DNA from: a virus
Direction: 5' to 3' (one strand)
IMG/VR virus record: IMGVR_UViG_3300027759_000073
Location: 1-64,000 of that record
DNA: 64,000 bases
The translations under genes were made by a program, and so were the position numbers. The notes beneath the pieces were generated by a model. The model made no database searches, was not told the origin of the DNA, and worked only from the letters and a program-made list of their open reading frames with translations. Every line of letters starts with the position of its first letter. Position 1 is the stretch's first letter. This document shows, one piece after another, positions 47,759-56,568 of the stretch.

Positions 47759-49459
47759 TTAGCCAGTTACAACAATAGTAAATTCGTTGGTATCAACAGA
47801 GCCGTTAATCACAACCGAGACCGTATTACCGTTAGTGCGAATCGTGTCAGCGATTACTGTTTCTCCAGTAGAAACTTGGTACACCTGCACCATTACATCG
47901 GTTGTCCCGAAGTTGTGAGTAACAGTTGTGGTTGAAACTCCACCAGAGTGTGCAGTGTTACCTTGCTTGGCAATACGAGCAAGAACTGGGGTGCTTGTGG
48001 TTCCAGAAGTAGTTGCAGCAAGGTTTGTTCGTGCACCTGCGGCTGATGTAGCAGCGGTACCACCATTTGCAATGGCGATTGTCGTGCCGTTCCAAGTACC
48101 AGTGGTGATTGTTCCAAGAGTCGTGATGCTGTCATCACCAATATAGGTGCTTGCTGAAACTGCTGCTAGTGCTGCGCTGTATGCCTGAACATTAGTTCCG
48201 ATGGCCAAACCGAGGGTTGTGCGCATCGTTGCAGCATCGGCATCGTCGAGCAAGTCGCGGGCAGCAGATGTAAAGTCGGCAAGTGCTGCTGTTCCAGAGC
48301 CAGTGAAGTATGGAAGTTTATTAGCGGCAGAAGTAAGTCCAGCAAGTGCTGCAAGTTCTGCATCGTAGCCCTGGATATCGCTTCCAATTGCAAGACCAAG
48401 GTTGCTCCTTGCGGTCGATGCGTCTGAAGCATTTGTACCACCGTTTGCAATGGCGAGAGTACCAGTAACGGAGTTCGCGCTATCTAGGTCTAGAGCACCC
48501 CAAGCAGCGGTTCCTGAACCAACTGAGCGGAGAACTTGACCAGCAGTTGCTGACGACTTGACAGCAAGGTCGTCGTTTCCATCAACATAGATGGTTACAT
48601 CGTCATCATTGACATTGAGGGTACTTCCGTCTTTTGAGAGACCATCGCCAGCAGTGATTTGACCAGTACCAGAGAACTGTGTGAAGAGGATTGCGGTTGA
48701 ACCAACAGTGATTGAACCATTGGTTGCAACTACATATCCAGAGTCACCATTTGCAGTACCTTCTTCAACGAATGTAAATGCTCCAGGTGTTACCTCTGCG
48801 TCACTATCAAAGTCAGTTGCTCGTGTTGGCACTCCAGAAGCATTGACGGTATAAATACCGTTGTCTGCATGAGCCACACCGCCAGCGCCTTGGTCCTTGA
48901 TGAGGATTCGGTCGCCAGTAGCAAGAGTTACACCGTCAATAACGCTTGCGTTGTCAACATCTGTTGAAAGGTTTACTGTTGCAGTAGTGGCTACACGAAC
49001 CGACTGCTTAACATCTAGTCCAGAGCGGGCCGAGTCAACATAGCCCTTGGTCGCAACATGTGATGCGTCTGTAGGCGTTCCGAACTTTGCCTGGCTACTG
49101 GCATCTCGGATTACCAGTTTGCTCGCAGTTGCCTCTGAGGCTGCGTCTGCCAACTTGGAGAAGTCTGATGCAGACATCAAACCAGCACTTGCAGAACTTG
49201 CAAGGTTTGGAGTAATTGAAACTACACCATTTGCCTCATTGATTGTTAGTGCTGAGGACTGGGAGCCAGCAGAAGTTACACCCGTAACCATCTTTCGCCA
49301 TGCGGAGGCGGTAATGTCGTAAACCTTGATAACACCTTCGGTGCTATTGAAAATCATTCGACCGTCGAACAGGTTAGTGTTCGGGTCACTTGCAAGTACT
49401 TCAAAAGTACCCTTAATCAGTTGATTTTGATTAAGGTCTAAGTTTGTTACGAATTTCAT
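47759..49459 (-). CDS. tail fibre protein
   Basis: ATKGYVD...[13 protein letters not shown]...GDRILIKDQ...NGIY module; ANGGT.A...AR.NLGL repeats; THNFGT C-terminal module; GGAGG RBS. Confidence 0.75.
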   Translation of the reverse strand: MKFVTNLDLNQNQLIKGTFEVLASDPNTNLFDGRMIFNSTEGVIKVYDITASAWRKMVTGVTSAGSQSSALTINEANGVVSITPNLASSASAGLMSASDFSKLADAASEATASKLVIRDASSQAKFGTPTDASHVATKGYVDSARSGLDVKQSVRVATTATVNLSTDVDNASVIDGVTLATGDRILIKDQGAGGVAHADNGIYTVNASGVPTRATDFDSDAEVTPGAFTFVEEGTANGDSGYVVATNGSITVGSTAILFTQFSGTGQITAGDGLSKDGSTLNVNDDDVTIYVDGNDDLAVKSSATAGQVLRSVGSGTAAWGALDLDSANSVTGTLAIANGGTNASDASTARSNLGLAIGSDIQGYDAELAALAGLTSAANKLPYFTGSGTAALADFTSAARDLLDDADAATMRTTLGLAIGTNVQAYSAALAAVSASTYIGDDSITTLGTITTGTWNGTTIAIANGGTAATSAAGARTNLAATTSGTTSTPVLARIAKQGNTAHSGGVSTTTVTHNFGTTDVMVQVYQVSTGETVIADTIRTNGNTVSVVINGSVDTNEFTIVVTG

Positions 49460-49493
49460 CTAAAAACCTCCATAGCGGGTGCGCGCACCCCTA

Positions 49494-49531
49494 AGAATAG
49501 GCTTTTTTATAACAAAAGTGTGCGAAGGTAT
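49494..49531 (-). promoter_or_regulatory. promoter with conserved upstream motif (copy 2)
   Basis: ATACCTTCGCACACTT with TATTCT 17 nt after CACACT; the palindrome GGGTGCGCGCACCC lies between the -10 and the RBS. Confidence 0.5.
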
Positions 49532-50200
49532 TTAAGAAAGAAAGGCTTTTCCAGAGAAAGCGCTTGTAAACGATACTGTCAGGCTGTTCTCGTTGATATA
49601 GGTGACTTCGCCTATCACATGGGAAAGGGCAGAGTCAACAATTGAAACATTTGGGTAAAATTTAAGATTGTGCGTAATTGACCAGGTCGTTGCAGAAGAT
49701 GCCTGGGTATGGACATATTTGGATTTTGCCCGTACCTCTTCTATCGCGGCCTGAACTGTAGTCGATATTATTTCGCTAGTTGGCGTAAATGCAATACTTG
49801 TTGCCGTAACGCCAATATTGCTATCTACATACTCTTTAGTCGCGTAGTTATAAGTGACTATCGGCTCTGTATTTGGAACAACATCAGCAAGGCTGAATCT
49901 GCGATTTGGAGAATTGCTATTTAGTGTAAAATAGTACTTATTGTATCCAGTTTCGTTTAGCCGTTCGTTTACTTCATATGTAACACCGTCTGGCTGTGTT
50001 GTAGCGTCATCGTTTGCATATAGATTAATCGAGATTGAGCCGCTGTTACTTAGGGCTACAACTTGCTCTTGCGGCGTAATGGTTACATCTGTGCTGGCGT
50101 CCCGCATTGGTGCTGTAAGCGTGAACGACACGGAGCCACTCGCTGGGTGACCAGTCGGCAATAGATATGTGCCAGTAACTGTAATAAGTGTAAAAGCCAT
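49532..50200 (-). CDS. virion structural protein (fibre anchor/collar-like)
   Basis: TVTGTY..P.G.P.SG.V.F N-terminal domain; C-terminal YVHTQ..S..TW.I.HNL..YP.V.IVDS...FSGKA.L module. Confidence 0.6.
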   Translation of the reverse strand: MAFTLITVTGTYLLPTGHPASGSVSFTLTAPMRDASTDVTITPQEQVVALSNSGSISINLYANDDATTQPDGVTYEVNERLNETGYNKYYFTLNSNSPNRRFSLADVVPNTEPIVTYNYATKEYVDSNIGVTATSIAFTPTSEIISTTVQAAIEEVRAKSKYVHTQASSATTWSITHNLKFYPNVSIVDSALSHVIGEVTYINENSLTVSFTSAFSGKAFLS

Positions 50201-50202
50201 GA

Positions 50203-50589
50203 TTACGCCTTCTGGAATACATCAAGCGTTAGTGCATGATGAACAACATTATCCTCTAATGATACTATCCTTTGGATATCAGAAACTCTTAGCCTGTAGA
50301 TGTACACATCTGAGTCAAACTGCCCAAGTCCATCAAGTGCTGAAACCATAGAGTCGACCAGAGATGTATTCTCGGAAGCCCTATCTTGCCATAAATCAAA
50401 CTGGACCATTCTTCGACGAGTTTTTACCAAACCATCACCGATTATCTCTGGCACATTTCTTAATTCATCGCTGTATGTGATATATGGTTTTGCTGTATTT
50501 GGTGGAGCAAAATCACGGAAGATACCAGTAATGCCAGCAAGGTTTGCTGCAAGCAAACGGGTACGAATTGAACCTCCAACTGAAGCCAT
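50203..50589 (-). CDS. tail terminator/completion protein
   Basis: APP....PYITY...VQFDLW; position after the gp10-like gene. Confidence 0.65.
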   Translation of the reverse strand: MASVGGSIRTRLLAANLAGITGIFRDFAPPNTAKPYITYSDELRNVPEIIGDGLVKTRRRMVQFDLWQDRASENTSLVDSMVSALDGLGQFDSDVYIYRLRVSDIQRIVSLEDNVVHHALTLDVFQKA

Positions 50590-50591
50590 AA

Positions 50592-51095
50592 CTATTCACC
50601 GACCTTAATTGTTACATTCAATGGCTTCATGCCCTTAAACCTCTTGTACATATAGTAAGTAAAAGCATTAGCAACTGTTTTCCTGGCTCCTAAAGCAATA
50701 TTTTCTCGTGCTGGTCTGGCAAATGGCCTTGGCGCCATGCGCTCAGTTCCATACTCAAGAAATCTTGCATACTTTAACTTTGAGCCGAAAACTGCTCGTG
50801 CTGGGTTATCTCCAACCTTGCTCAATGTTTGTGAATATATAGATTTGTACAATGGACCACTTGGGTCAGCAGATGGAGGCTCCCCAGGACGGCTAGACAT
50901 CCTCTGGCTCTTGCTGTTTCCGTATGTTTTATATGAGCCAGGATGGTCAATGATTTTTTTGATTTCCTGCTCGCCTTGGCGTGCGAGTTCTTGGGCAGTA
51001 TAAAAGTTTCCAGCGATGCCAGCGTTTATTGCGCTTGCAATTCTTTTATCAACTTGAGACATCAAGTTATCAATCGATTTCATTCTCTTACTCAT
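50592..51095 (-). CDS. HK97 gp10-like neck/tail component
   Basis: S.PGEPP....G.L..SI...YARFLEYGTERMAPRPF.RPA. Confidence 0.85.
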   Translation of the reverse strand: MSKRMKSIDNLMSQVDKRIASAINAGIAGNFYTAQELARQGEQEIKKIIDHPGSYKTYGNSKSQRMSSRPGEPPSADPSGPLYKSIYSQTLSKVGDNPARAVFGSKLKYARFLEYGTERMAPRPFARPARENIALGARKTVANAFTYYMYKRFKGMKPLNVTIKVGE

Positions 51096-51423
51096 TTAAA
51101 AGCGTCCTTCGTATTTCTAGTCTTAAATGAGTATGGGTATAGATTAAACCTTCAATTTCATAAACACCATCCATGCTGTCATGGTATCCAGTAATCACGA
51201 TTTGGTCGTTACTGACTACGGATGTTTGCTTTGGGAGTCTCACCACTAGACTCCGTCTTTCACCATATTTACCTAAATCTGAAGGTTGACCTTCTTCTGT
51301 AAATTTTTGATGGATTGAACCCTTATAGGTTACATCACTTAATACTGGTGTCCAAACGCCCTCTGCATCTACAGTCACAGATGATTTGCGCCGAACAGTG
51401 ATTTGTTCAAATGCGCCGCGCAT
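51088..51423 (-). CDS. head closure (stopper) protein
   Basis: 111-aa beta-rich ORF between the adaptor and the gp10-like gene. Confidence 0.65.
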   Translation of the reverse strand: MRGAFEQITVRRKSSVTVDAEGVWTPVLSDVTYKGSIHQKFTEEGQPSDLGKYGERRSLVVRLPKQTSVVSNDQIVITGYHDSMDGVYEIEGLIYTHTHLRLEIRRTLLNE

Positions 51424-51426
51424 GGA

Positions 51427-51999
51427 CTACCTAATAACCCTGCGCTTGTAGCGAAGAATATTTTTTACTTCTTGGTCGGTGAATCCACCGCCAGGAGTTG
51501 GCTCGAAGAAGTACTCAGTTCCTTCAACCTTTAGACGCTCCATACCTTGCGCATCAATGAGTACCTTACTCATTTCTCGTGTTGCAGCGGAAAGAATTAC
51601 GCGCTCTAGTGCTGATGCATCTGCGTCAAGCATGCCAGCGTTGTAGGTTACAAGCGCCTGATAACCAAGCCCAGCAATCAGAACATTGTCAATTCCCCAA
51701 GGGTAAACATCAAAGTCATAAATATTTTGCGTTGTGTATGTTGCCGATGCATTATCAATCAACCCAATGCTGAATGAGATAACACTTCGCACTGGGGCTT
51801 TGCGTAAAAATAACTGGCGTTGTCCAGGTTCAAGCATGTGCTTCTCGTCAGTGATGCGAACTGGGTTTAAGGGGCGATTCAGCAAATATGAAATTTCTGA
51901 TTCCAGACCAGAAAGAATAGTTGAAGCCGCAGCCTGCTCACCAGCACTGAAAGTCTTGTTCATTGCACGAGCAAGGTCAGCGTAATTCAAAATTGCCAT
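51427..51999 (-). CDS. head-tail connector (adaptor)
   Basis: EISYLLNRPL...L.KAPVRSV.S...VTYNAG...ILRYKR; first neck gene. Confidence 0.75.
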   Translation of the reverse strand: MAILNYADLARAMNKTFSAGEQAAASTILSGLESEISYLLNRPLNPVRITDEKHMLEPGQRQLFLRKAPVRSVISFSIGLIDNASATYTTQNIYDFDVYPWGIDNVLIAGLGYQALVTYNAGMLDADASALERVILSAATREMSKVLIDAQGMERLKVEGTEYFFEPTPGGGFTDQEVKNILRYKRRVIR

Positions 52000-52031
52000 A
52001 AAAACACATTACACCATTGTTTTTAGAGGGT

Positions 52032-52448
52032 CTATCGGATTGGGGCAACCCAGAAAATCTTGCGGTATTCAAAAAAGCAAATTATTGGCTCCGCATCATC
52101 CTCTTCCATCTCAAGCAAAAAGCCAGCATTGTTGCCTTCAAAATAAATCCTTGGGTGAACCACATAGCCCCTACAGGAGTGCATGATTACGCTACTTGAA
52201 TCCAGCGGCTCCCATCCATACCTGACCTCGATTAGGGAATCACTTGTATGGGCTTGTTTTATCAAACCACTTGCACATACCTGATTGAAAATTGCATCGT
52301 ACGGATAGTCGTATTGAAAATCTTTATCATCTTGGATTAGTTCATACATTGCGTTTTTTAAACTTAGGAAAGGCTCATCCTTCACCCAGTACGCGGCAAA
52401 ATCTATATCGTCGTTCAACCCAAATTTCTTTGGGTCCAGGCTGTCCAC
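52032..52448 (-). CDS. hypothetical protein
   Basis: 138-aa acidic ORF with GTG start. Confidence 0.55.
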   Translation of the reverse strand: MDSLDPKKFGLNDDIDFAAYWVKDEPFLSLKNAMYELIQDDKDFQYDYPYDAIFNQVCASGLIKQAHTSDSLIEVRYGWEPLDSSSVIMHSCRGYVVHPRIYFEGNNAGFLLEMEEDDAEPIICFFEYRKIFWVAPIR

Positions 52449-52451
52449 GGA

Positions 52452-52616
52452 TTACTTTGTTTCTGTAGCGAATGGGTCATTTACCGAGATAGGCATGACC
52501 TTATATCGCATTGCATCTTCGACACTAATGCGCTCGCCCTTACGGACAACCCTCACACTCTTGCCTTCGATGTTCTCGTAAATATCGCGTGGAGCGATTA
52601 CTACAATTTGTGACAT
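52452..52616 (-). CDS. small protein after the major capsid gene (54 aa)
   Basis: Below cutoff: MSQIVVIAPRDIYENIEGKSVRVVRKGERISVEDAMRYKVMPISVNDPFATETK; TGcTAATAT 6 nt upstream of the ATG. Confidence 0.65.
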   Translation of the reverse strand: MSQIVVIAPRDIYENIEGKSVRVVRKGERISVEDAMRYKVMPISVNDPFATETK

Positions 52617-52637
52617 GTAAAGATATTAGCACAAAGC

Positions 52638-52666
52638 AAAAAGCCTGGGCCGAAGCCCAGGCTTTT
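52638..52666 (-). terminator. intrinsic terminator after the major capsid gene
   Basis: AAAAGCCTGGGC-TTCG-GCCCAGGCTTTTT. Confidence 0.9.
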
Positions 52667-52686
52667 CACTTTTCTGACTGTGATTA

Positions 52687-53985
52687 TCAGGCAGGTGCGC
52701 TGTTGAGTGAAACTTCAACGAACGACTCTGGACGCTTAACAGCAAGTGCAATACGCTCTTCAGCAAGTACTGCAACTGCATTGCGAACAAAGAAGTCGCT
52801 GTGTTGCTCGGAAACGCGGATGTTGCCCTCCATGCGGTCGTACAGCGTTGCGCCAACACCGAATGAACCAAGGAGAACCTTGCCTTCGGTAATTGCTGGC
52901 GTGCTGACGATTGGCAAACGCCACAAGCGAGCATCTGCACCCATCGATACGGACATAAGCATCAAATACTGTGCTTGTGAGTCCTTCGTGAGTTCGATGT
53001 CTTCGAGGTCGTTCGGGTGAACAATCATACCTGTTGGCTCGTAGTAAGCAAGCAACGACTTGGTGATACCACGACGAATTGCATCGAGGCGGGTATCTCC
53101 AGCGGCACCACTTGACCAAGTTGAGGTCTGAATTCCAGAGGTCGAACGGATACCAGTGAGGTTTTGTCCAACACCGTTTCCGTTAAGAATCTGGTCATCT
53201 TCTACCAAGCGGAGTCCGTACAACAGTTCGTTGTCGATAATTCCACGAAGGGTTGGCTCATCGTCCAACACATTGCGGTGAGCAACTTCGTAGTGAGCAA
53301 TCGTGCGAACTGGAGCCTGAACACCAACGACGGTCATTGACGACTGTGGCTTTACACCAAAGGCGTTGTTTGCGTCGTTGCGCTCTGCAACAGTTGATGC
53401 GTTGTTGGTGAAACCAGAAACACGGAAGTATTCAACCATGTTGCTGCTCGTCTGCTGTACATCGAAGAGTTCGCGTACGCGCATGGTGCGCTTCTGACGC
53501 TCTACGATACCCTCACGCTGTGGCGTACCGAAGTCTGTAGGAGTGCCTGATGGCAATCCTGTGTAGACATCTTTGCGACCCCAGTGTGACGAGAATGCAC
53601 CATTCACTTGGAACGGAGCATGCATCGTGTAACCAGACTTACCACCAGCAATTGCCTTGAACTCGTCTGATTCAATGAACTGCTCGCCAAGCGATTTTGC
53701 GCTTTGTGGAACAATCAAACCAGACTTGGTCTGTGCTACTGGTGCGGTCATGCCTTCAGCCCATGAGCGAATTTCGCCCATGCCTTCCAAGGCCTCAATT
53801 TCAGCACGGATTTCGCGTGCCTTTGCGAGGTTGCCTCGGAATGCTTCAACATGCTTTGCTTGTACTTGAATCTCAGGTCCGCCTTCTTCGCGGGTAGCAC
53901 CTGCATGATTAACGATGTCATCGTTATCTGCAAGAACTGCACGGAGGGCTGACTTGAGTTCCTTTAAACGGCTATCTGTAGCCAT
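52687..53985 (-). CDS. major capsid protein, HK97 fold with delta domain
   Basis: Coiled-coil N-terminus, KSLGEQF..SDEFK, VRTIAH, EDDQILNGNG.G.NL.GI, FVRNAVAVLAEERIALAVKRPESFV. Confidence 0.95.
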   Translation of the reverse strand: MATDSRLKELKSALRAVLADNDDIVNHAGATREEGGPEIQVQAKHVEAFRGNLAKAREIRAEIEALEGMGEIRSWAEGMTAPVAQTKSGLIVPQSAKSLGEQFIESDEFKAIAGGKSGYTMHAPFQVNGAFSSHWGRKDVYTGLPSGTPTDFGTPQREGIVERQKRTMRVRELFDVQQTSSNMVEYFRVSGFTNNASTVAERNDANNAFGVKPQSSMTVVGVQAPVRTIAHYEVAHRNVLDDEPTLRGIIDNELLYGLRLVEDDQILNGNGVGQNLTGIRSTSGIQTSTWSSGAAGDTRLDAIRRGITKSLLAYYEPTGMIVHPNDLEDIELTKDSQAQYLMLMSVSMGADARLWRLPIVSTPAITEGKVLLGSFGVGATLYDRMEGNIRVSEQHSDFFVRNAVAVLAEERIALAVKRPESFVEVSLNSAPA

Positions 53986-54049
53986 AGTGATATACTCCTT
54001 TTGAGTAATAGTGGAACTTCGGACACAAGGTAAGCACCTCGTATTAAAT

Positions 54050-54078
54050 ATTATGCTTGCTCTTTGCTAGTTTGTCAA
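54050..54078 (-). promoter_or_regulatory. consensus promoter of the major capsid gene
   Basis: TTGACA-17 nt-CATAAT; AAGGAG RBS downstream. Confidence 0.75.
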
Positions 54079-54096
54079 GCAGGGGTTAGATTATTT

Positions 54097-54399
54097 TTAA
54101 TTGTCTTCGTCTTCTTCGTCTTCGTTTTGACCAAACATGTCCAATAGGTCTTGGAATGTAACATCAGAAGCCATAAAGGGCTTGGCTATTACATCACCCT
54201 TAAATGTAATTTTGGGGCCCACTGCAATATTACTCATTGCATCTAGTATGCGTTCGAATACAGAAACAGCAACAAATGGCGGTATTGAGCCCAAATCAAC
54301 ATGGATTGGCTCATCTCGGTCTTCGTAGGAAACAGAAATAGTAATCATCGGAAAGCGCAGGTTCATCTGGCTTTCAAGAGGGTCTCGACCCTCTGTCAT
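54097..54399 (-). CDS. hypothetical acidic protein
   Basis: 100-aa ORF with ATGA overlap. Confidence 0.6.
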   Translation of the reverse strand: MTEGRDPLESQMNLRFPMITISVSYEDRDEPIHVDLGSIPPFVAVSVFERILDAMSNIAVGPKITFKGDVIAKPFMASDVTFQDLLDMFGQNEDEEDEDN

Positions 54400-55382
54400 T
54401 TTTTCTTGTCTGCCTTATAAATCTTTCCGCGATAGAACATAGAACCATTGTGAATTGGAACGAGTTCTAGATGGAATGGACCATCTCCAGCGACATAGTG
54501 GACAACAGCAATTCCCTGCTGCCAGTCTTCCGTGCATGGGATTGGGCGTCCGTCGAGGTCGGTCCCGCCTTTTGTGCTTGGCACGACACCGTCTACGCGA
54601 GCAAGGCATCCTGCTGATGCGGCGAGAATAGTTTTATCCTCATCCCAATCTTGGCGGGTTCGCTCTGCCCATTCGCGGCGATGGATATGTCCATAAAGAA
54701 CTGAAGTCTTTTCTGTTGCGAGGTACTTATGAGCAGTGCTTCCTCCAGATGCGACTTTGTGTCCGTGAATAATTCTCAACTTACGATTAACCCAATATGT
54801 TGACGCTGGGTATCCTGGTAAATACTTAACACCAAATTCTTCAAATCTGCAAAGATAAGGAAGCGACATGACTGGCCATGAGTCTGGGATATTCCCACGC
54901 TTCAAACCAAAAGCAGCATTTGCATTATCAAGAATATAATTTCCTAATCTTGCTTCATGATTTCCCTCAAGCCAAACAATTTCAGCGAGTGGAGATGCTG
55001 CACGAAGGCGCGCCATAAGCGTTGTTAAATAATCAATTGTTTTTTGTGTTGTCAATTGATAAGCAGGAGTTAGTCTGTACTTTCCAAATTCTGCAAAGTC
55101 AGCATTGTCTCCATTCATCGCAATTACATCTGGCTTTGATTCTTTAATAAATTCAACAGCCAGATTGATTGCAATTTCATCATGGATAGCAACAAAATTG
55201 CCATTTACATCCCTGAAATAACCACATTGCATATCTGGTAAAACTACGCATGTTTTAAACTGCGACTTTTCTTTTTTAACAGTTGGAACAGTTGGGAGTT
55301 TTATTGACGGGCCTCTTTTTACTACTGGCCATTCTGGGGAGTTACGATTCATTGCTGATTTTAAATCTTTTGACAATGACAT
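54396..55382 (-). CDS. calcineurin-like metallophosphoesterase
   Basis: PDMQ, NGDNAD, EGNHE, IHGH, GHIHR motifs. Confidence 0.85.
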   Translation of the reverse strand: MSLSKDLKSAMNRNSPEWPVVKRGPSIKLPTVPTVKKEKSQFKTCVVLPDMQCGYFRDVNGNFVAIHDEIAINLAVEFIKESKPDVIAMNGDNADFAEFGKYRLTPAYQLTTQKTIDYLTTLMARLRAASPLAEIVWLEGNHEARLGNYILDNANAAFGLKRGNIPDSWPVMSLPYLCRFEEFGVKYLPGYPASTYWVNRKLRIIHGHKVASGGSTAHKYLATEKTSVLYGHIHRREWAERTRQDWDEDKTILAASAGCLARVDGVVPSTKGGTDLDGRPIPCTEDWQQGIAVVHYVAGDGPFHLELVPIHNGSMFYRGKIYKADKKK

Positions 55383-55642
55383 TATTTGCCCCCAATATAA
55401 TTGTTGCTTCTGGTTTCAAAATTTTCAACATTAGCATGTCGCCAATTGTCTACAGCACTCCTACCAATTACATAGCCGCGACCTTTTAGAACTTTTGAAA
55501 TTGTGCGACTTGAAACTGACAAGTTCTTCATTGCATCAACGAGCGAAGCAGAATCTTTTGCACTCAAAGATGCCAAAAGTTTATCTACCTTGCCGATTGT
55601 CGTGCTCTTTTGAACTCTGGCTATTTCCTTGCCAATATCCAC
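55382..55642 (-). CDS. small HTH-like protein coupled to the phosphoesterase
   Basis: SSRTISKVLKGRGYVIGRSAVDNWR; GGAGGGG RBS; TAATG overlap. Confidence 0.55.
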   Translation of the reverse strand: MDIGKEIARVQKSTTIGKVDKLLASLSAKDSASLVDAMKNLSVSSRTISKVLKGRGYVIGRSAVDNWRHANVENFETRSNNYIGGK

Positions 55643-55677
55643 AACCCCTCCACGGGCGCTACTAACGCCCGTGAATA

Positions 55678-56568
55678 CTATAGCACTTTGATGAGGTCGT
55701 GGAACTCTTTAAGGTCATCGAACGAAAGTTCTGCTGTTTCCATCTGAACCAATTCAGACTTTTCTTCAGCAACAACTTCTTCAGCGGCGACTTCTTCTAC
55801 TGCTGCTTCAACTGCTACTTCTTCTGCTGGTGCATCTGCAGCAACTTCTTCGACAGCAACTTCAGCAACTACTTCTTCAGCAACTGCTTCGGCGGCTTCA
55901 TCCGACTTAGTCTCAACAGCAATTTCTTCTGCCTTAACTTCTGCGGTGTTCATTGCAGCAAGAGCCTTAGCAACTTCGCGTGCAACAATCTCGGCAATCT
56001 GTGCTTCAATGTTCATGTCTATGCTCTTTTCTCCATCTTCGGCCATTGGCATTGTATCCGCTGGCATATTTTCATCTACTGGGTCTTCGTCATCCATTGG
56101 CTCTGGAAGTTCTTCAACCATAGTCAATGCATCACCGTATGCTACTACAGTAACATTAGTAGGCATCCATTCGTCTTCATCCCACATCATAACGCGCACA
56201 ACATAGGCTGGGCGCTCTGCGGAGCCTTCAATTTCAAGGCCTTGAGGCTCACCGCGAACAGTTCCTTCTGCTGAGGAAGACAAAATATCGCCGTAATATG
56301 TGCCGTTTGAGGTCTCCCATGAAACAAGAGCGCCTTCAGTCATTCCTTCATCGACTTTTTCCATGACCACAAAAGTACGAAGTTTTACATCTTCAACTGC
56401 AATTAAAACAGTTTCATCTGTCTCTTCAAGTCCTTCCATGTCAAGACATTTCTGCACAAGCGCCTGGCCATCTTCGGAGATTCCAACGATGATGCCAATA
56501 CTGTCATCGCTCAATAGAGCCTGCTGCCCAACAAAGGACTTATACGACTCAATATCAATCTTGCTCAT
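55678..56568 (-). CDS. acidic head-associated protein with Tudor-like domain and Glu/Ala-rich tail (scaffold/cargo-like)
   Basis: GALVSW....G..YG.I......G........I.G....PA.V.RV parallels a domain in the protease; EEVAAE low complexity; start re-called at MSKIDIE. Confidence 0.6.
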   Translation of the reverse strand: MSKIDIESYKSFVGQQALLSDDSIGIIVGISEDGQALVQKCLDMEGLEETDETVLIAVEDVKLRTFVVMEKVDEGMTEGALVSWETSNGTYYGDILSSSAEGTVRGEPQGLEIEGSAERPAYVVRVMMWDEDEWMPTNVTVVAYGDALTMVEELPEPMDDEDPVDENMPADTMPMAEDGEKSIDMNIEAQIAEIVAREVAKALAAMNTAEVKAEEIAVETKSDEAAEAVAEEVVAEVAVEEVAADAPAEEVAVEAAVEEVAAEEVVAEEKSELVQMETAELSFDDLKEFHDLIKVL

